The notes under the pieces are model-generated. The model worked only from the letters and a program-made list of their open reading frames with translations, was not told the DNA's origin and did no database searches. The translations under genes and the position numbers were made by a program. Below are positions 47,344 through 59,846 of a stretch of 64,000 bases of DNA, in pieces (the first letter of the stretch is position 1; each line of letters opens with the position of its first letter). Origin of the DNA: Marsupella aquatica (taxonomy: Eukaryota > Plantae > Marchantiophyta); assembly GCA_973895155.1 (NCBI GenBank), contig OZ316892.1, positions 27,055,233 through 27,119,232 on the forward strand, in the 5' to 3' direction.

Positions 47344-50300
47344 ACAGGAATCACTCGGCCGGTTAAGTGGGTAAAGCAGGAAGGCACCCTAGGAACACCT
47401 TAGTATAGTGACAAAACTAGGAAAATATAAACAATTAGGGGCAACCATGGAACCCGGGCCGAGGCCGGAGGTAAGGCTAAGGGTGAAAACCCAATTAGGG
47501 TTAGGGCGCGTTAAGCGTCGGCGGCTAGGAAGGATCAACGGGAAGAAGGACCGGCAGAGGAGAGGGGTAAGGAGCGCTTGCAGGAGATGGTGGCTCATTT
47601 GCGAGCACGAACTAGGCAGACGACTACGGGAGGCCAACTACTGTCAGCTGCTTAGGCAAGCACTCGGGGAGAGAATAGATACCGACGATCGACCTAAGGA
47701 GGGTATGAGCAACGTCAATCAAGCGGCACATTTCTGGGGATGCCTGTTCGAACGGGCAACTGAGTACATCAAGACTTACGAGGACGAGGAGTCAGAAAGG
47801 GCAGCTCGAGAACGGCAGGAGCTCGCTCGATTGTGGGAGCTGCAGAAGACGGCTTTCTTAGGAGGCGAACTCATCAAGGACGAGTTCCTGTGGACGCCTA
47901 CTTCCAATCAACTCGACGATCTTCTGTTTTGCAAAGACAGCGTCGTCGGCATCTGAGAGGCCATCAAGAACTGCAACGACATACACTGGGAATTAAAGGG
48001 TAGCACGGAAAGGTGGACCCAGGCAACGGTGCTAGGAGAAACCTCCACGGTAGCAGAGATGAAGAGGAAGGGGGCCGTCAACGATGAAGCCACCCCGGCA
48101 AAAAGAACGAGGTCGGCGGCACCAAAGAAGCCAGCCGAGCAGCAGAGCAGGAGGCAGGGAGAAGCCGAAGAGGAGGAGGTCGATCCCATCAAGGCCATTC
48201 CAACCAGGGATGACACCTGGAAGGGCTGGGCGGCAACCCTACCGGTGGAGGTGCAACTACATTTTGCACGGGAGGAGGATGCATGCTTTACGGCCATGCA
48301 GACCAAGAAGTACCAAGGCTTCATGGCCGGATCCGGCTTGGAGGCCTTTGTAAGATTACCATGGCTGAAGCCGGAGGTACCGGAGTCAGACCTATTAGAA
48401 TTCGTGGGGTCATGGGAACCCGAGACCAATTGCACGAGGATATATGGGAAGGATTTCTATCTTACTCCCAAGGCAATAAGACCAAAGTTGATACCAGGAA
48501 GACCTTGCTTGACAAGGAGTTCCGGTCGTTCCCCGGGCCATCAACGAAGAATGGCTTCTTCCGGAACACCTGCACCAACCCGCACATAGGAGAGATGATC
48601 GACTTCTTGCGGGTGACCATGCATTGTAACTTGCCGAGGGCAGAGATCGGCAAGGCACAGGTCTATCTGGCAGAAAGGCCAGACCCAAGCCGGGACTACA
48701 ACGGGTACCTCCTCAACCAATTGAAGAAGATCTTAAAGGAGGAGCAGCAGGTAATCGGCATGGGGAGCGTGTCTCGGCTTGGCTATCACATGCCGCTGTT
48801 GTGCCGGTATGCCAGAGGTCAGACTTTTGCCCCGGTACTTCCCCTGCAGGTAAGGGCACCCGAGGAAGCTCCAACGCCGAGGCCGTTGGCTGAGAAGCCT
48901 CAACCACCTGTTAGTCCTACGATCGAGCAGGTGTTTAGGCCCAGGAAGGAAGACTTGCCGATGCAGCAACCAGGCATGCAGAGTCTGCTGAAACTACTGG
49001 AGAAAGAAAAGAAATCGGCATCGGCAACAACAACGGCAACGGCAACAATGCAGGACACTACTACAGAGGTAGGCCTACACCGGCTCACAAGAGAAAACCC
49101 CTTTGCTGGAGACAAGGAGAGAATCAGGCCGGAATCCAAGCCAGGTATTCGAATGTACGTGGGAACCTCAAGCTCTGAATCTGAGGCAGAATTGCCTGAA
49201 GCTCCTACCGACGAAGAGGAGAGGGAGAAGCCGGACGTCCAAGAGGTAGAGGAGGCAGTGGAGGACTGCAGCCATGATAATTCCGGCTATGGGTCGGACC
49301 ATCACGTTCCAGGAGTAAGGACCTGTGGCCGGTTTGTCCCCACACTTCCAAGGGTAGTGCGAGGGGACCCCAACCAGCAGAGTAGCCCTGAGTCTCCCCC
49401 ACCAGATGTTGCTCCCCCGAGCTTCGATGGCATAAAACAGACGGTGCAGGAATTTCAGGAGCGAATCAAGCAGGAGGAAGAGGCCGCCCTGGCTAAGGAA
49501 AAGGATTTACCAGGAGGAGATTGGCCGGAGGACATCAGGCGGCTAGCCGAAAAAGGAAGCAAACCTCTAGCCACGATTGAAGAGATCCGCGGGACGGCTT
49601 GGGAGCAGAGGCCACGATGGGCGATGCCGATCACTTCTACTTACTCCACCTACGCTAAGAATAGAGCCATGGAGTATGGTGAGATGTGTGGGGAACTTGC
49701 GCTCGGCATCTTTGGAGAGGAGTTGGAGGTAGGACCCTTTTTCCATAGGGAGCAGTTGGAGAAGCACCAATTAGAAGAAGCGGTGGCTTTAGAGAGAAGC
49801 AAGAAGGACGAGGTCATTCGACGGCTTAGGAGGATGGAAGCCGAGATTGAAGATCTAAGGGCGGCCAAGAAAGCCCAAGATGAACTGCGGATTAAACGAC
49901 ATGAGTTGAACATCATCCAGGGGCAGTTGGACACCGCGCAGGCTGAAAATCATAATATCAAGGATAAACTGACTCAGACGCAGGAAGAGTTGGCCGACAC
50001 GATCAAAGAGAGGGAGAAGTGGAAGCAAGAGCTGAAGAATACAGAGGAGGCCCACATAACAGCCAACAGCCGGGCCATGGCGGAGACCCAAAGAAAGGAA
50101 TGGGCGTTGAAAGGGGAGCTCGAGAAAATCCGCGGAGCCCTTGAGCAAAAGGAGGTCGAGTTAGGGAAATCCTATCAAGGGATTATGGCGCTGCAGCAAG
50201 AGCTTGCGTCCCTGACGGCCAGCTTCAAGGCCGACCTAAGGGAGAAGGACGAGATGCTCGAACAGACTTACGCCAAGATGAACCAGATGGAGTCTGTCAT

Positions 50301-51951
50301 CATTGCAGAGCTCGACAAGGAGCTAAGAGCAACCCAGGAGGAGAGGGCTACCTTGAAGAAGGAATTGGAGGAAGCCCACAGGGAGCAGGAGGAGGCCAAA
50401 AACGAGCTGGAGGGGGCACGTAAGGACCTGGATGAAACCCAAGAGGAGTTGGAGGAAATCACGAGGAAGATGGAGAACCTACAGCGGCAGGCCGACAACC
50501 AAATAGAGCGGCTGAAGAAACAAGCCGCAGTATTTAAATGCTTAGCTACAGCAGGTCCATCTCCCGTTGGGACAAACCAGTTACCAGGGGTGGTAATTGC
50601 CGAAGGACAAGCCGCGTCAACTGCACCAGTGCTGGAAGTAAGTGGGAAGGGGAAGGGACCAGCTGCCGAGCCACCAACGAAGAAGAAGCGGAAACCTTCA
50701 GGGTCAAGGAGTAATACGACTTCACAGGCCGTGGTGATCAAGGAGGTAGACCCAGCACCGACCCCAGACAGGGTCACGGCTAGGGATCCAACTACCCTAG
50801 GGGAAGGGGAGGCCGAAGCCGAGGGAGTGGCTGAAGCCGAAGCCGAGGGAGTGACTGAGGCCGAAGCCGTGGGTATTGCCGAGGCCGGTGTCGAGACTGA
50901 AGCCGAAGGTGGACCCAGTCAGGCCGATGGAGAGTTGACTCAGTCAAGGGCAGGTAATCTGTCAGAGAATGAACCTACGGCAGTGGCTGAGGAGGAAGCG
51001 TTGGGGGCGTCCATTAAGGATCCACCACCGGTGTCGTGACGGTGCAAGGGCGCCGTTCCTTTTAGGGAGGGCGGACGTGGAGGGAGGAGGCGTGAGTGGG
51101 CAGGGCGGGCGCGGATCTCCACGTTTAGGATTAGGATCAGAACCAGGAGCGGCCCTGACACTTAGCTTAGTGGGATTGCGGTCCCACTGGTAGGAGCAAC
51201 ACTTGTGCTCCTGCCTTGCTGTACATAGGTAGATTCGGGCAAGTAGATTACTGTTAAGTAGATTAGGCTTACGCTGCAAAGAATGGCGGATCCACTACCA
51301 GGATAAGTACCTGGGCAGCGGGGAGCTCAGGGCCTCTTCTTTAGCAAGTTTTTAGTTTGCACCAGCCGGGCTGGGATCAAGTAGTACGAGAAGCTCTCGG
51401 TTAGTCATACAGTGACCCTTGTGTATATTCATGTTTCCTCATGCCTAAGAGCTGAATAGAGTTGGCCTCACGGCTTAGTTCACAGAACTTGTGTATGAGA
51501 TGTACTGTTTGTATGGCAAGTGCATGGTATGACTCAGTCAGAATGAGTCATTTTGCTATTTGTGTGTCGCATTAACTTGTGTGAAGAGTGCCCACATCAA
51601 CAGAAGGAAGGAAAGTAAGCAGGGGAGTGAGAGTTGGATGTGTCGAGCTGAGAGAGGTCTTAGCGGCTTAACCAAGCCTATTGGGGATCATTCCGGCGGC
51701 GGAATCCAAACATACCTAACAAGAAGACAGGGGAAGACAGGGGAAGGCCTATATTAGGCCGGCTACGTATCTCATGACCCGATGAAGGATCTGTCCAGTA
51801 TATGTGTGTAAAATGTTAATAGTAGTAGTAGAAGGTTAGCAGCGTCCCATGCCGCTAAGCCGCGGAAACGGCCTCGCCAAGCACGAAACCTGCGGGAATC
51901 GGCTTGAGCTGGGGGGTTTCTTGGGTTTAGGGAGCCATGGGACGCACCACA
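47332..51951 (+). repeat. Gypsy LTR 4 (4620 bp)
   Basis: PPT before, TSD after. Confidence 0.96.
47408..51039 (+). pseudogene. LTR-encoded ORF, LTR4 copy
   Basis: TGA at 47954 and the 31-bp deletion; 918-aa 3' ORF open. Confidence 0.8.
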
Positions 51952-54274
51952 GCTGTCAACACTGCAGCTTATTTGGTAAATTTTTTTCCATCCAGTTCTA
52001 TTGGATTCAAGACGCCATTTGAAATGAGGTATGGGCGTCCAATAGATTACTCACATCTAAGGATTTTTGGATGTGATGCTTATGTGCTTACACCTTCCCA
52101 GCTTCAATCCAAGCTGAAGTCCAAGTCGAAGAAGTGCATTTTCCTTGGCTATCATAAAGGTGTGAAGGGTTATAGGTTATGGGATCCAGTAACCTGTAAA
52201 CTAATTATCAGTAGATATGTGTCCTTTAATGAATCCAGATCATCAAAGGAGGGGGAGAGTTCTCAAGACTCTCATATTGACAAGGGAAAATCTCTCATCC
52301 TGGACCGGGTGGGGAAGATTAGTCATGATGTTGTTCATGACAGGAGAGATGGAGAAGCTTCGGGCTTGGAGCTGGTTCCTGTGATGGAACAAGAGGAGTA
52401 GATTGTTGCTGGGGTACCTCAAATTCAGCCAGCAGCAGCAGCAAATCAGCTTGAGTCATTCTACTAGAGCTCCTACCAGGTATGGTCAATGGGCAGACTC
52501 ATCTAAGCTAGATGATATTGACATTGCACCTCATGAAGATGACATGGCTTTGATCTTGGAAGAAGGAGAGCCTTCTTCGTACAGTGAGGCTTGTGCTTCA
52601 AAGCAAAAGCATGAGTGGAATGCAGCAATGCAGAGGGAGTTGCAATCTTTGAGTGACAACAAGACATGGGAGGAGCTGGTGGAGCTTCCAAGAGGTCAGC
52701 AAGTGGTGGACAGCAAGTGGATTTATAAGTTGAAGGACAGTCCTTCAGAGGGTGGAGATAAGATCTACAAGGCAAGGCTTGTTGCCAAGGGGTTCACAAG
52801 AGAAAGGAGTGGACTACAATGAGGTCTTTTCACCTGTGGCTAAGTATTCCACAATTCGGATCTTGTGTCGGCTTGTTGTGTTTTTTAATCTGGTGATGGA
52901 TCAGATGGATGTTGTTACTGCTTTTCTCTATGGCAACTTGGAAGAGATGATCTTCATGAGACAGCCACTAGGCTTTATGAAGAAGGGCCAAGAGAACTTA
53001 GTTTGTAGATTGCTCAAGTCCTTGTATGGATTGAAGCAATCTCCCAGACAGTGGAACAAGCGGTTTGATGATTTCATGCTTGCTCAAGGTTTTACAAGGA
53101 TGGTGTATGATCCTTGTGTGTATACGAAATCAGTCAAGAATGATGTGTTTGATTTCATCATTCTGGTGATTTATGTGGATGACATGCTGATTGTGGCTAA
53201 AGATCAATCTGAGGTTGACAGTCTCAAGGCAAAATTGAGTGCTGAATTCAGGATGAAGGATCTTGGTAAGGCCAAGAGGATCTTAGGGACCCGCGGCGGC
53301 TATTTGAATAGCAACATTGGATTGGACACACTTCTTTTTTTTTAGTTGGGCCGCTGCCGCATCGTTTAAAATCTCCGACTGCCAATCAATCGTAACTCGT
53401 CCATGTATGTGATTAGAAATTTTTGGAGATTTTTTGGAACTCTAATACTAGGCAGTTGTGTTTGAGTCAAGGCCAGTATGCGAGGAAAGTACTTGCACAA
53501 TTCAACATGGAAAACTGTAAGCCAGTGAGTATTCCTTTAGCTTCACATTTCAAGTTATCATCGATTTTTGCTCCTATGGATGTTGTGGAGAAAGGTCTGA
53601 TGGCTAAGATTCCTTATGAGAAGGCAATAGGTAGTCTGATGTATTTGATGACTTGTACTAGGCCTGACTTTGCCCTAGCGATGGGCAAGGTTAGCAGATT
53701 CATGTCAAATCCAAGGAAGGTACATTGGGAAGCTATGAAATGGATTCTCAGGTATCTCAAGGGTACACAGGACTATGGATTACTATTTGATAACAGATCA
53801 AATAGAATGTTAGTTGGCTATGTAGATTCTGACTATGGAAGCTGTCTGGATACAAGGAGGTCTACAACTGGGTTTGTTTTTACTCTTGGAGGAGGATGTA
53901 TCAGTTGGAAATCTACCTTGCAGAAGTGTATATCTCAGTCTACTACAAAAATAGAGTATGTTGCAGCAACAGAAGTAGCAAAGGAAGCAATTTGGTTGGA
54001 CAAGTTGATCGCGGAGATGGGTTTAGAGCATGGAAAAATGACTCTAAACTATGATAGTCAGAGTGCTCTTCACTTGGCTGCTAACCAGGTGATGGATAGC
54101 AGGGTGAAGCACATTGATATCAGGTACCATTTTATCAGGCAAGCAGTGTCTGATAAAACTTTTGAGCTAGTCAAGATTGATGGAAAGCTTAATCCCGCTG
54201 ATGCCTTTACCAAAGTGATTCCTTTGGAGAGTTTCTCAAGACACCGTGCTACTTTGCAGGTTTTGCAGTTGTAG
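51952..54274 (+). pseudogene. Copia integrase 3' part, RT and RNase H
   Basis: LRIFGC, KCIFLGY..KGYRLWD, YKARLVAKGF, QMDVVTAFL, SLYGLKQSPRQW, YVDDML, YVDSDY, KHIDIRYHF; frameshifts and a ~134-bp insertion. Confidence 0.95.
53290..53423. other. ~134-bp foreign insertion in copia RT
   Basis: Splits the conserved KRILG-MEI codons (GGG A|TG GAG ATT). Confidence 0.75.
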
Positions 54275-54470
54275 TGCAAGTAGAGTTATTTAGCAATGTG
54301 TGACTATTTGTATATGGATTACTCATTCTTGTTTGGCTACGGCTTAGTTCTAGTTAACCCTTAGTTAACCCTTATGGTTTTTAGGGGGAGACCTGGTTTG
54401 GTGATTGTCTAGAACTTCTCGTTGAGGATTCCATATGGTAGCATTTAGTCCAGTCCCCAAGACAAGAGTC

Positions 54471-54479
54471 AAGGGGGAG
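54471..54479 (+). promoter_or_regulatory. Copia polypurine tract
   Basis: AAGGGGGAG 2 nt before the 3' LTR. Confidence 0.9.
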
Positions 54480-54481
54480 TT

Positions 54482-54824
54482 TGTTAGATATTGCTCTAGT
54501 CTTGTGACTCATGAGCTAACCACAGTTAGCCTAACTCGGGTTAGGACTTAGCTAATGTTAGTGGTAGTGTTGTTGTGCATATAGCCAGGGCTGATGCCAG
54601 ACCCTGGTGGAACTTAGGCTCATTGTTACGGAGCTAGTTGAGAGATAGGAGAGCTTGTGCTATGGATGCTTGGTATGGCCGGTCGGCCTAGAGTGCAGTA
54701 AAGCTCTTGTGTGTTCCCGTGGACGTAGCCTCATGTGGAAGTGAACCACGTATCTCTCTATATTGACTCTTGTGCGTTGGATGGTTCATGGGCTTGCCGT
54801 TGCAAATATCGTCTATGCTCAACA
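54482..54824 (+). repeat. Copia 3' LTR
   Basis: Matches 10733-11075 with about 13 substitutions and 2 single-base indels (counted by eye). Confidence 0.95.
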
Positions 54825-55242
54825 TCAAAGGCTCTAGGGCAATCCCTGTGGTAGTTATTCAATCTGAGCCTGTGTGAGTTTCAACGTGATTGGTGGTACT
54901 CCATCATTTTGCTTTGGGTCCTTTGCCCAATTTGTAATCTGGACAGTGAGTTGCTGTTCTTCAGCAACCTTGATGGCAGCAATGTAGGCTGGGTTGACTC
55001 TCATCTATTGCCGCACCAGTATATCTGTGTGCTGCTCATACGTGGCAAGTGCTTCTTCACATAGGTACTGTGTTTAGCTGAATGAAAACAAATTGTACAT
55101 CATACTCAAATTTATACTTCTTCAAATCTGCCATGACTCCAACAAACCATGCTTTGAATTCCCATGGCGAGATAGTCCATGGTCTGCCACTGGACTTCTG
55201 GTCACGGGTGTAGGCCGGACCGTGTGACTGCATTCCTACCAT
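54825..55242 (-). pseudogene. Probable gag N-terminus of the DNMT-gypsy
   Basis: Abuts the copia TSD and is therefore contiguous with 10732; minus-strand ORF 55057-55242 (PWEFKAWF) points into the gag remnant. No diagnostic motif. Confidence 0.5.
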
Positions 55243-57105
55243 ATTATGAGCTAGAAAGTTGCAATAACCATCGAATTCACCCTCTTCTTTGGATTCAGAT
55301 TGTGTTGAGGACTCCTCCTGTCCCCCCCAATCTGAAGCGTGAAGAAAGGGATAGCAGGGCTAGAAGATGTTAGCCGTGCTCGCCGTGTACGTGGGGCACA
55401 CCTACCCCAGGCTTGTGAGAATACTGGGGAGTGAGGCTGGCTGCGCAACCAGTAGCGAGGTGATTCACTCATAAGCTATTGAGATGTGTGAGATGGCAGT
55501 AGATGTATTTAAACCAATAGGTAAAAACAAACTGTCCAATGCAGACCATAGCGCACAATGGAGAGAAAAAGTGGCAAGGGGGACTGCTCAACCTCCCGTA
55601 AGAAATTAACACCAAAATGTATAACAATAAATTGGCGAAAATGGTCTTTGGGTAAGATTAAGAACAGAAAGTCAATGTGATGAGAAAAACCCTGGGGCGC
55701 GCCATATATGCAGCCGGTCCATGGTGACTCATAATATAACATAGCCTAATTACCACATAAAATATAGACCAATCTCATTGATACGGAATGTGGAGAAAGT
55801 TTTGAGTACACAGCTTTCAGAAAGTCTGGAAAATAACTCAAACTGCTCTACATATCATGGGAGAAACAAAACTAGAAATGTAATCTAGCCAACATAGGGA
55901 TGAAGGCGCGGCTCATGCAACTCACGCTCTGCTCTCTCCCTCTCTAGAAGGTCTAATGGTAGAGGACCATGGTCTGGATGTGGAGTGCCGTTACGGTACA
56001 CATACTATGAACGGCCTCAAACTTGCCCGGGGATAATAGGGGCTGGTAACTGTCCAGAAGTGCACCAAGGATACGGACTCACATCCAAGAAATTATAACC
56101 ATCACTTGTATCATCCTCCACATCAACCCGTCGCCAAACTAGATCAAAAATCCAACGATGAAGTCGAGATGACCGTGTACGCAGCCTAGTAGAAATCACC
56201 TCAAAGACCTCCTCATGCCTCCAAAGGGGTAACTGACCATCTGTTGATAAACGATCAGCCCATGGATGGCAGCCAGGTGCATCACATACATACTACTCCC
56301 ATGCTGCCAATCCATGTACAAAATGCTGAAAAAAACTGGTACACCAACTCCTCAAGATCAACTAGGGATTGCTCCACCACAAGGTAGTGCAAAACCTGAT
56401 CAGCAGTGACTGGATGATACGGGCGTGAGCGTCGTGTGGATTGACAGACCACCCGTATGAGCAACTGAACAGATCTTGGATGGAGAGTGTCACTGTCTCA
56501 AAAGCACGAGAACTGACTCCATAATGTGGATAGAAACCCCTAGTGCATAAATGAGCCACCAATCGATCGCGAATGGAAGCACTAGCATGGAAAGTAGGAG
56601 CCAAACTCTATGCACGAAAAAGTTGTGAGGAGTGACGGGAAAACCAATGCCCAAACCGTTGCAAAAGCGGCTGAGGGCAATACTCGGCTGAATCGATGAG
56701 ACAATGAATCTAGTATGACACTGGTAGCTACTGCTTTGCATACTCAAAATCAGCCCAAGTATACCTCATTGTCCAGGTCAGCAATCTGCAATCACACTCC
56801 GGTCATCGATGGTGCTCAATGGTACCACCCAATACGTATGAGGATGTCTTGATGCGCATGCGTGCATATGTTGCCATGGCTGCGGTCCCGGTGCTAACAA
56901 ATCCATCCCAGCAAGATCATGGTGCCCCATTGCAATGGCAGTTAGTCTTTCAAAATGAGATTTAAAATCATGGGAATTCATAATATTCCATGATTGTGCA
57001 AACCCCCAATAAATGGTGAAGGCACCAAGTCTAAGCACAACGATATGCTCAGAACGGCCATTGAAATAGAGTAAGACACCAAATGAATATCCAAATATTG
57101 ATGGA

Positions 57106-57240
57106 CAAGTACGGGATGTGAATCATGTACTAACAAGAACACAAAGTTAGGCAAGTACAGGGTGTGAAAGATGTACTAGCAATGACACCAAGCTATGGAG
57201 GTACATGGTGTGCAACATGTGCTAGAAAGGACACAGAGTG
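57106..57240. repeat. Three degenerate ~46-bp tandem repeats
   Basis: Units like caagtac(g/a)gg(a/g)tgtgaa..atgtacta.caa..acac.aag.ta.g. Confidence 0.7.
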
Positions 57241-57289
57241 TACAATGTATAAATGAACTATCAAAGTACAGAATGATGGTAAAACTAGC

Positions 57290-57700
57290 ACCTGGTACGG
57301 ATGTTTTCCCAAGTGCATAAGAGATACAATCCGGTACTTTCTGGTACGCAGGTACGAGGCAGTATGCAAGTATGCAAGTACATCGCGGTATGGTTATATT
57401 GACAAGTCAAAATCTGAAACACGTCAAAAATGAAAATCTGTCAAATCTGAAATTCTGTCACAAAAAACCGTCGAATACTTAAGTACTCCTAGTACATGAC
57501 GGTACGCAAGAACAATGCGGTACAAGGTGGTATGATGGTACGTCCGTATGGTCGTACGGTCGCGGTACGGTCAAGCCAAAATTTGAAATGTCAAAAAAAT
57601 CAAAAAACCGTCGAAAATCAAAATTCCATAACAAAAACCCGTCAGAAGCTAAAGTAATTTTAGTTTTTGATTCAGGACCCGAATCAAAAAACTAAAACCA
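57290..57700. repeat. GGTACG-rich short repeats, duplicated AT-rich block and terminal hairpin
   Basis: Many ggtacg/ggtatg units; two similar ...aaaaaccgtc blocks; TTTTAGTTTTTGATTC-aggaccc-GAATCAAAAAACTAAAA at 57658-57697. Confidence 0.6.
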
Positions 57701-58446
57701 CTTTGTAGACCTAAAATCTTGAGAGGAATCCAAATATGCAATCTATTGAAACTTCTATCGAGCTGAAATCCCAGATTTCGCTGCGTAAGAGTTTTGAAGT
57801 GAATAATAAAGCGTGAAATGAAGTGAATCCGAAGTCAGCAAATGTGTGGTATATTTTACTAAAGGGCGGAAAACCGTGAAGCAGCAATGTAAGTGTTATC
57901 CCATGATGAAAAACCGATCGTCGCCTCTATAATTGACAGAATTGCTAAGCAGCTATCACAATGTGTACGAATAGTGAGCTTTGCCTAACAAGAAACAAGC
58001 AAGTGTAATTGGATTCACTTCAGAATTGAAGTGAATGAAACACGGCCCAAGAGGTATACCCCCTGGGTCCCAAGGGCTGGGCTGCCTCATCAGATAAGAC
58101 AATTTGTGAGAAGCCCTTCCAGCCACTAAGACCTCACCATAAGAGACGAAATAGTGGTGTGCAAGATAGAATGATCTCAAATTAGGCTAACCTATCAGCT
58201 AGCTAACCTAATTGACTACATGACCCTATCCAACGCCGTTGTCTCCTAGATGGCGGCAAGGCGGGTTGAATCTCGAGCCGCAACCCTAGTGCCGGTCGCT
58301 CACCAGCCGCTACGTCTATTTGGCAGTGCCCTAAATTAATCATTATCATCGCTAACTAGGGTAGTCGCTCAAATCCGAGTACATGATTAAGCGTCGACGA
58401 GGGTTTGCATGACATATCTGGGAATTATATTGAGCCTAGATCAAGA

Positions 58447-59511
58447 GAGTGGAGCGGCTGGTATTTCATGCATGTCATCAAGCACAATTGTATTTTCTTT
58501 AAATATTTGTTTCAAGTGTCACCATCGACATTCATGTATATTTGTGACCTGGTTAGATAAGACATGACAAAAAACCCACCACTTGGCCTTAATTAGTTTG
58601 CAATTTGACAAATAGGACATTGTCTATTGAGCGTCAAGTTGCCATAGCCCTCCGGTGGGTTTTTGGTGGTTGTTTGTTGTTGACACTTTCAAAGATGATT
58701 GGGGTTTCGTCCCATGCATATCGAATATTGTTTGGAGATTTGTTAGGGCTTTAATCACAGGAGCAAGGGGGAGACATTTGAGTTGGCTGCAAGGAGAGGC
58801 CATGGCAAGGGTAAAAGAAGAATTTGAACAATTAAAGGATTTTCTTAATTGTTGTGGTGCAATTGACACCACTCATTTTCAAGTGGAGTTACAACCTGGA
58901 ACAAGTTTTGTAGATTACCGTGACTACAAACGTGGTCAAAGCATTTCCATGCAAGCTATCTGTGATAGCCGTCTTTGATTTTTGGATGTTTTTTCAGGAT
59001 GGCCTAGTAGCATTCAAGACACTCGGCTTCTATAGGTGTCTGGTTTTTTTTAATGATGTTATGGAACACCACACAAAACTCTTCGGTATTTTCTTCTCCA
59101 ATAGGATTCAATACAAGGGAGTACATTATTGGAGATTCTGGCTACCCTACTTATCCATGGTTTCTTAACCCTTTTCCTGGTACAAGAGAGGGCAGTTGTA
59201 AGAGACAATTTAATTATATGTTGAGCTCAACTAGGATGTGTGTGGAGCGAGCTTTTGGGCAGTTGAAGAATAGTTGGAGATTTTTTTCATGTAAAATGAA
59301 TCGGTCATCTCCTTATCGACTATTGCACTATGTGACTTGTGCATGTGTTCTTCAAAATATCCATATTGATCGTGGAGATGTATATGATTCGGCTTGGGGG
59401 TTAGATCCAGACCCTCATTATAAACCTGGAGGGCCCTCTGTCGCACATAGGAATTATGATAATGGGCGTAGATATTGTGTTGCAATGATGAATCATTTAT
59501 TGCATGAATAG
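58447..59511 (+). pseudogene. PIF/Harbinger DDE transposase (HARBI1/ALP1-like)
   Basis: FQVSPSTFMYICDLV, LSIERQVAIALR, CGAIDTTH, SISMQAICD, YIIGDSGYP, STRMCVERAFGQLKNSWR; stops and frameshifts. Confidence 0.9.
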
Positions 59512-59628
59512 AGTGGGAAGAGGAACAACAAAGGCGTCGTGCTGCCCCTAGGGATAATAGATTGTGATCATTTGTATTTCCACACACGCATCAAGCAGAT
59601 TGAAAAAAATGAGATTGAAATGTGCATC

Positions 59629-59756
59629 AAAGTGTCATATATAATAGTTTGTACATAGTTGCTCACTCCCCTTGTAAAAAAATGAAATATTAGTAAAAAT
59701 TAAAATTAAAAAAAATATTTTAAAAAAGTGTCATATATAATAGTTTGTACATAGTT
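59629..59756. repeat. 32-bp direct repeat between the convergent Harbinger genes
   Basis: aaagtgtcatatataatagtttgtacatagtt at 59629 and 59725. Confidence 0.85.
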
Positions 59757-59846
59757 TCATGCAACTCTCAATGCAAGCACTACACCAAATAAAATTTGGA
59801 GTTGTTTACACAAACTAAGCAAATGCTACTATACTCTGGAGGCCAC

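Larger units (their letters stand above)
14804..51951 (+). mobile_element. Tandem trimer of a non-chromovirus Ty3/gypsy with shared LTRs (LTR-int-LTR-int-LTR-int-LTR), period ~10.84 kb
   Basis: Four near-identical LTRs, three internal regions, one TSD GCTGT (14799-14803 and 51952-51956); removing it restores copia IN FWAEAVNTAAYLVN. Confidence 0.97.
10733..54824 (+). mobile_element. Full-length pseudogenised Ty1/copia LTR retrotransposon (Tnt1/Tork-like; ~6.9 kb without the nested array)
   Basis: Two 343-bp TG..CA LTRs, Met PBS, PPT, order gag-PR-IN-RT-RH; flanks TCAAT/TCAAA (4/5 TSD). Confidence 0.95.
2487..55242 (-). mobile_element. Degenerate Ty3/gypsy-type retrotransposon carrying a C5-cytosine methyltransferase; interrupted by a solo LTR and a copia element
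   Basis: Minus-strand collinear order: putative gag N-terminus (55242-54825), gag with two zinc knuckles (10732-10060), protease ILDTGA (~9050), DNMT motifs I/IV/VI/IX/X (8330-7381), RT N-terminus (7070-6911 joined to 2575-2487). Its own LTRs were not found. Confidence 0.8.

Noticed and set aside
51937-51956. ATG start of the 154-aa ORF
   Set aside because: Junction artefact of the LTR4 end fused to the copia integrase.
57106-57700. CRISPR-like array
   Set aside because: Repeats are degenerate with no unique spacers, and the context is eukaryotic.
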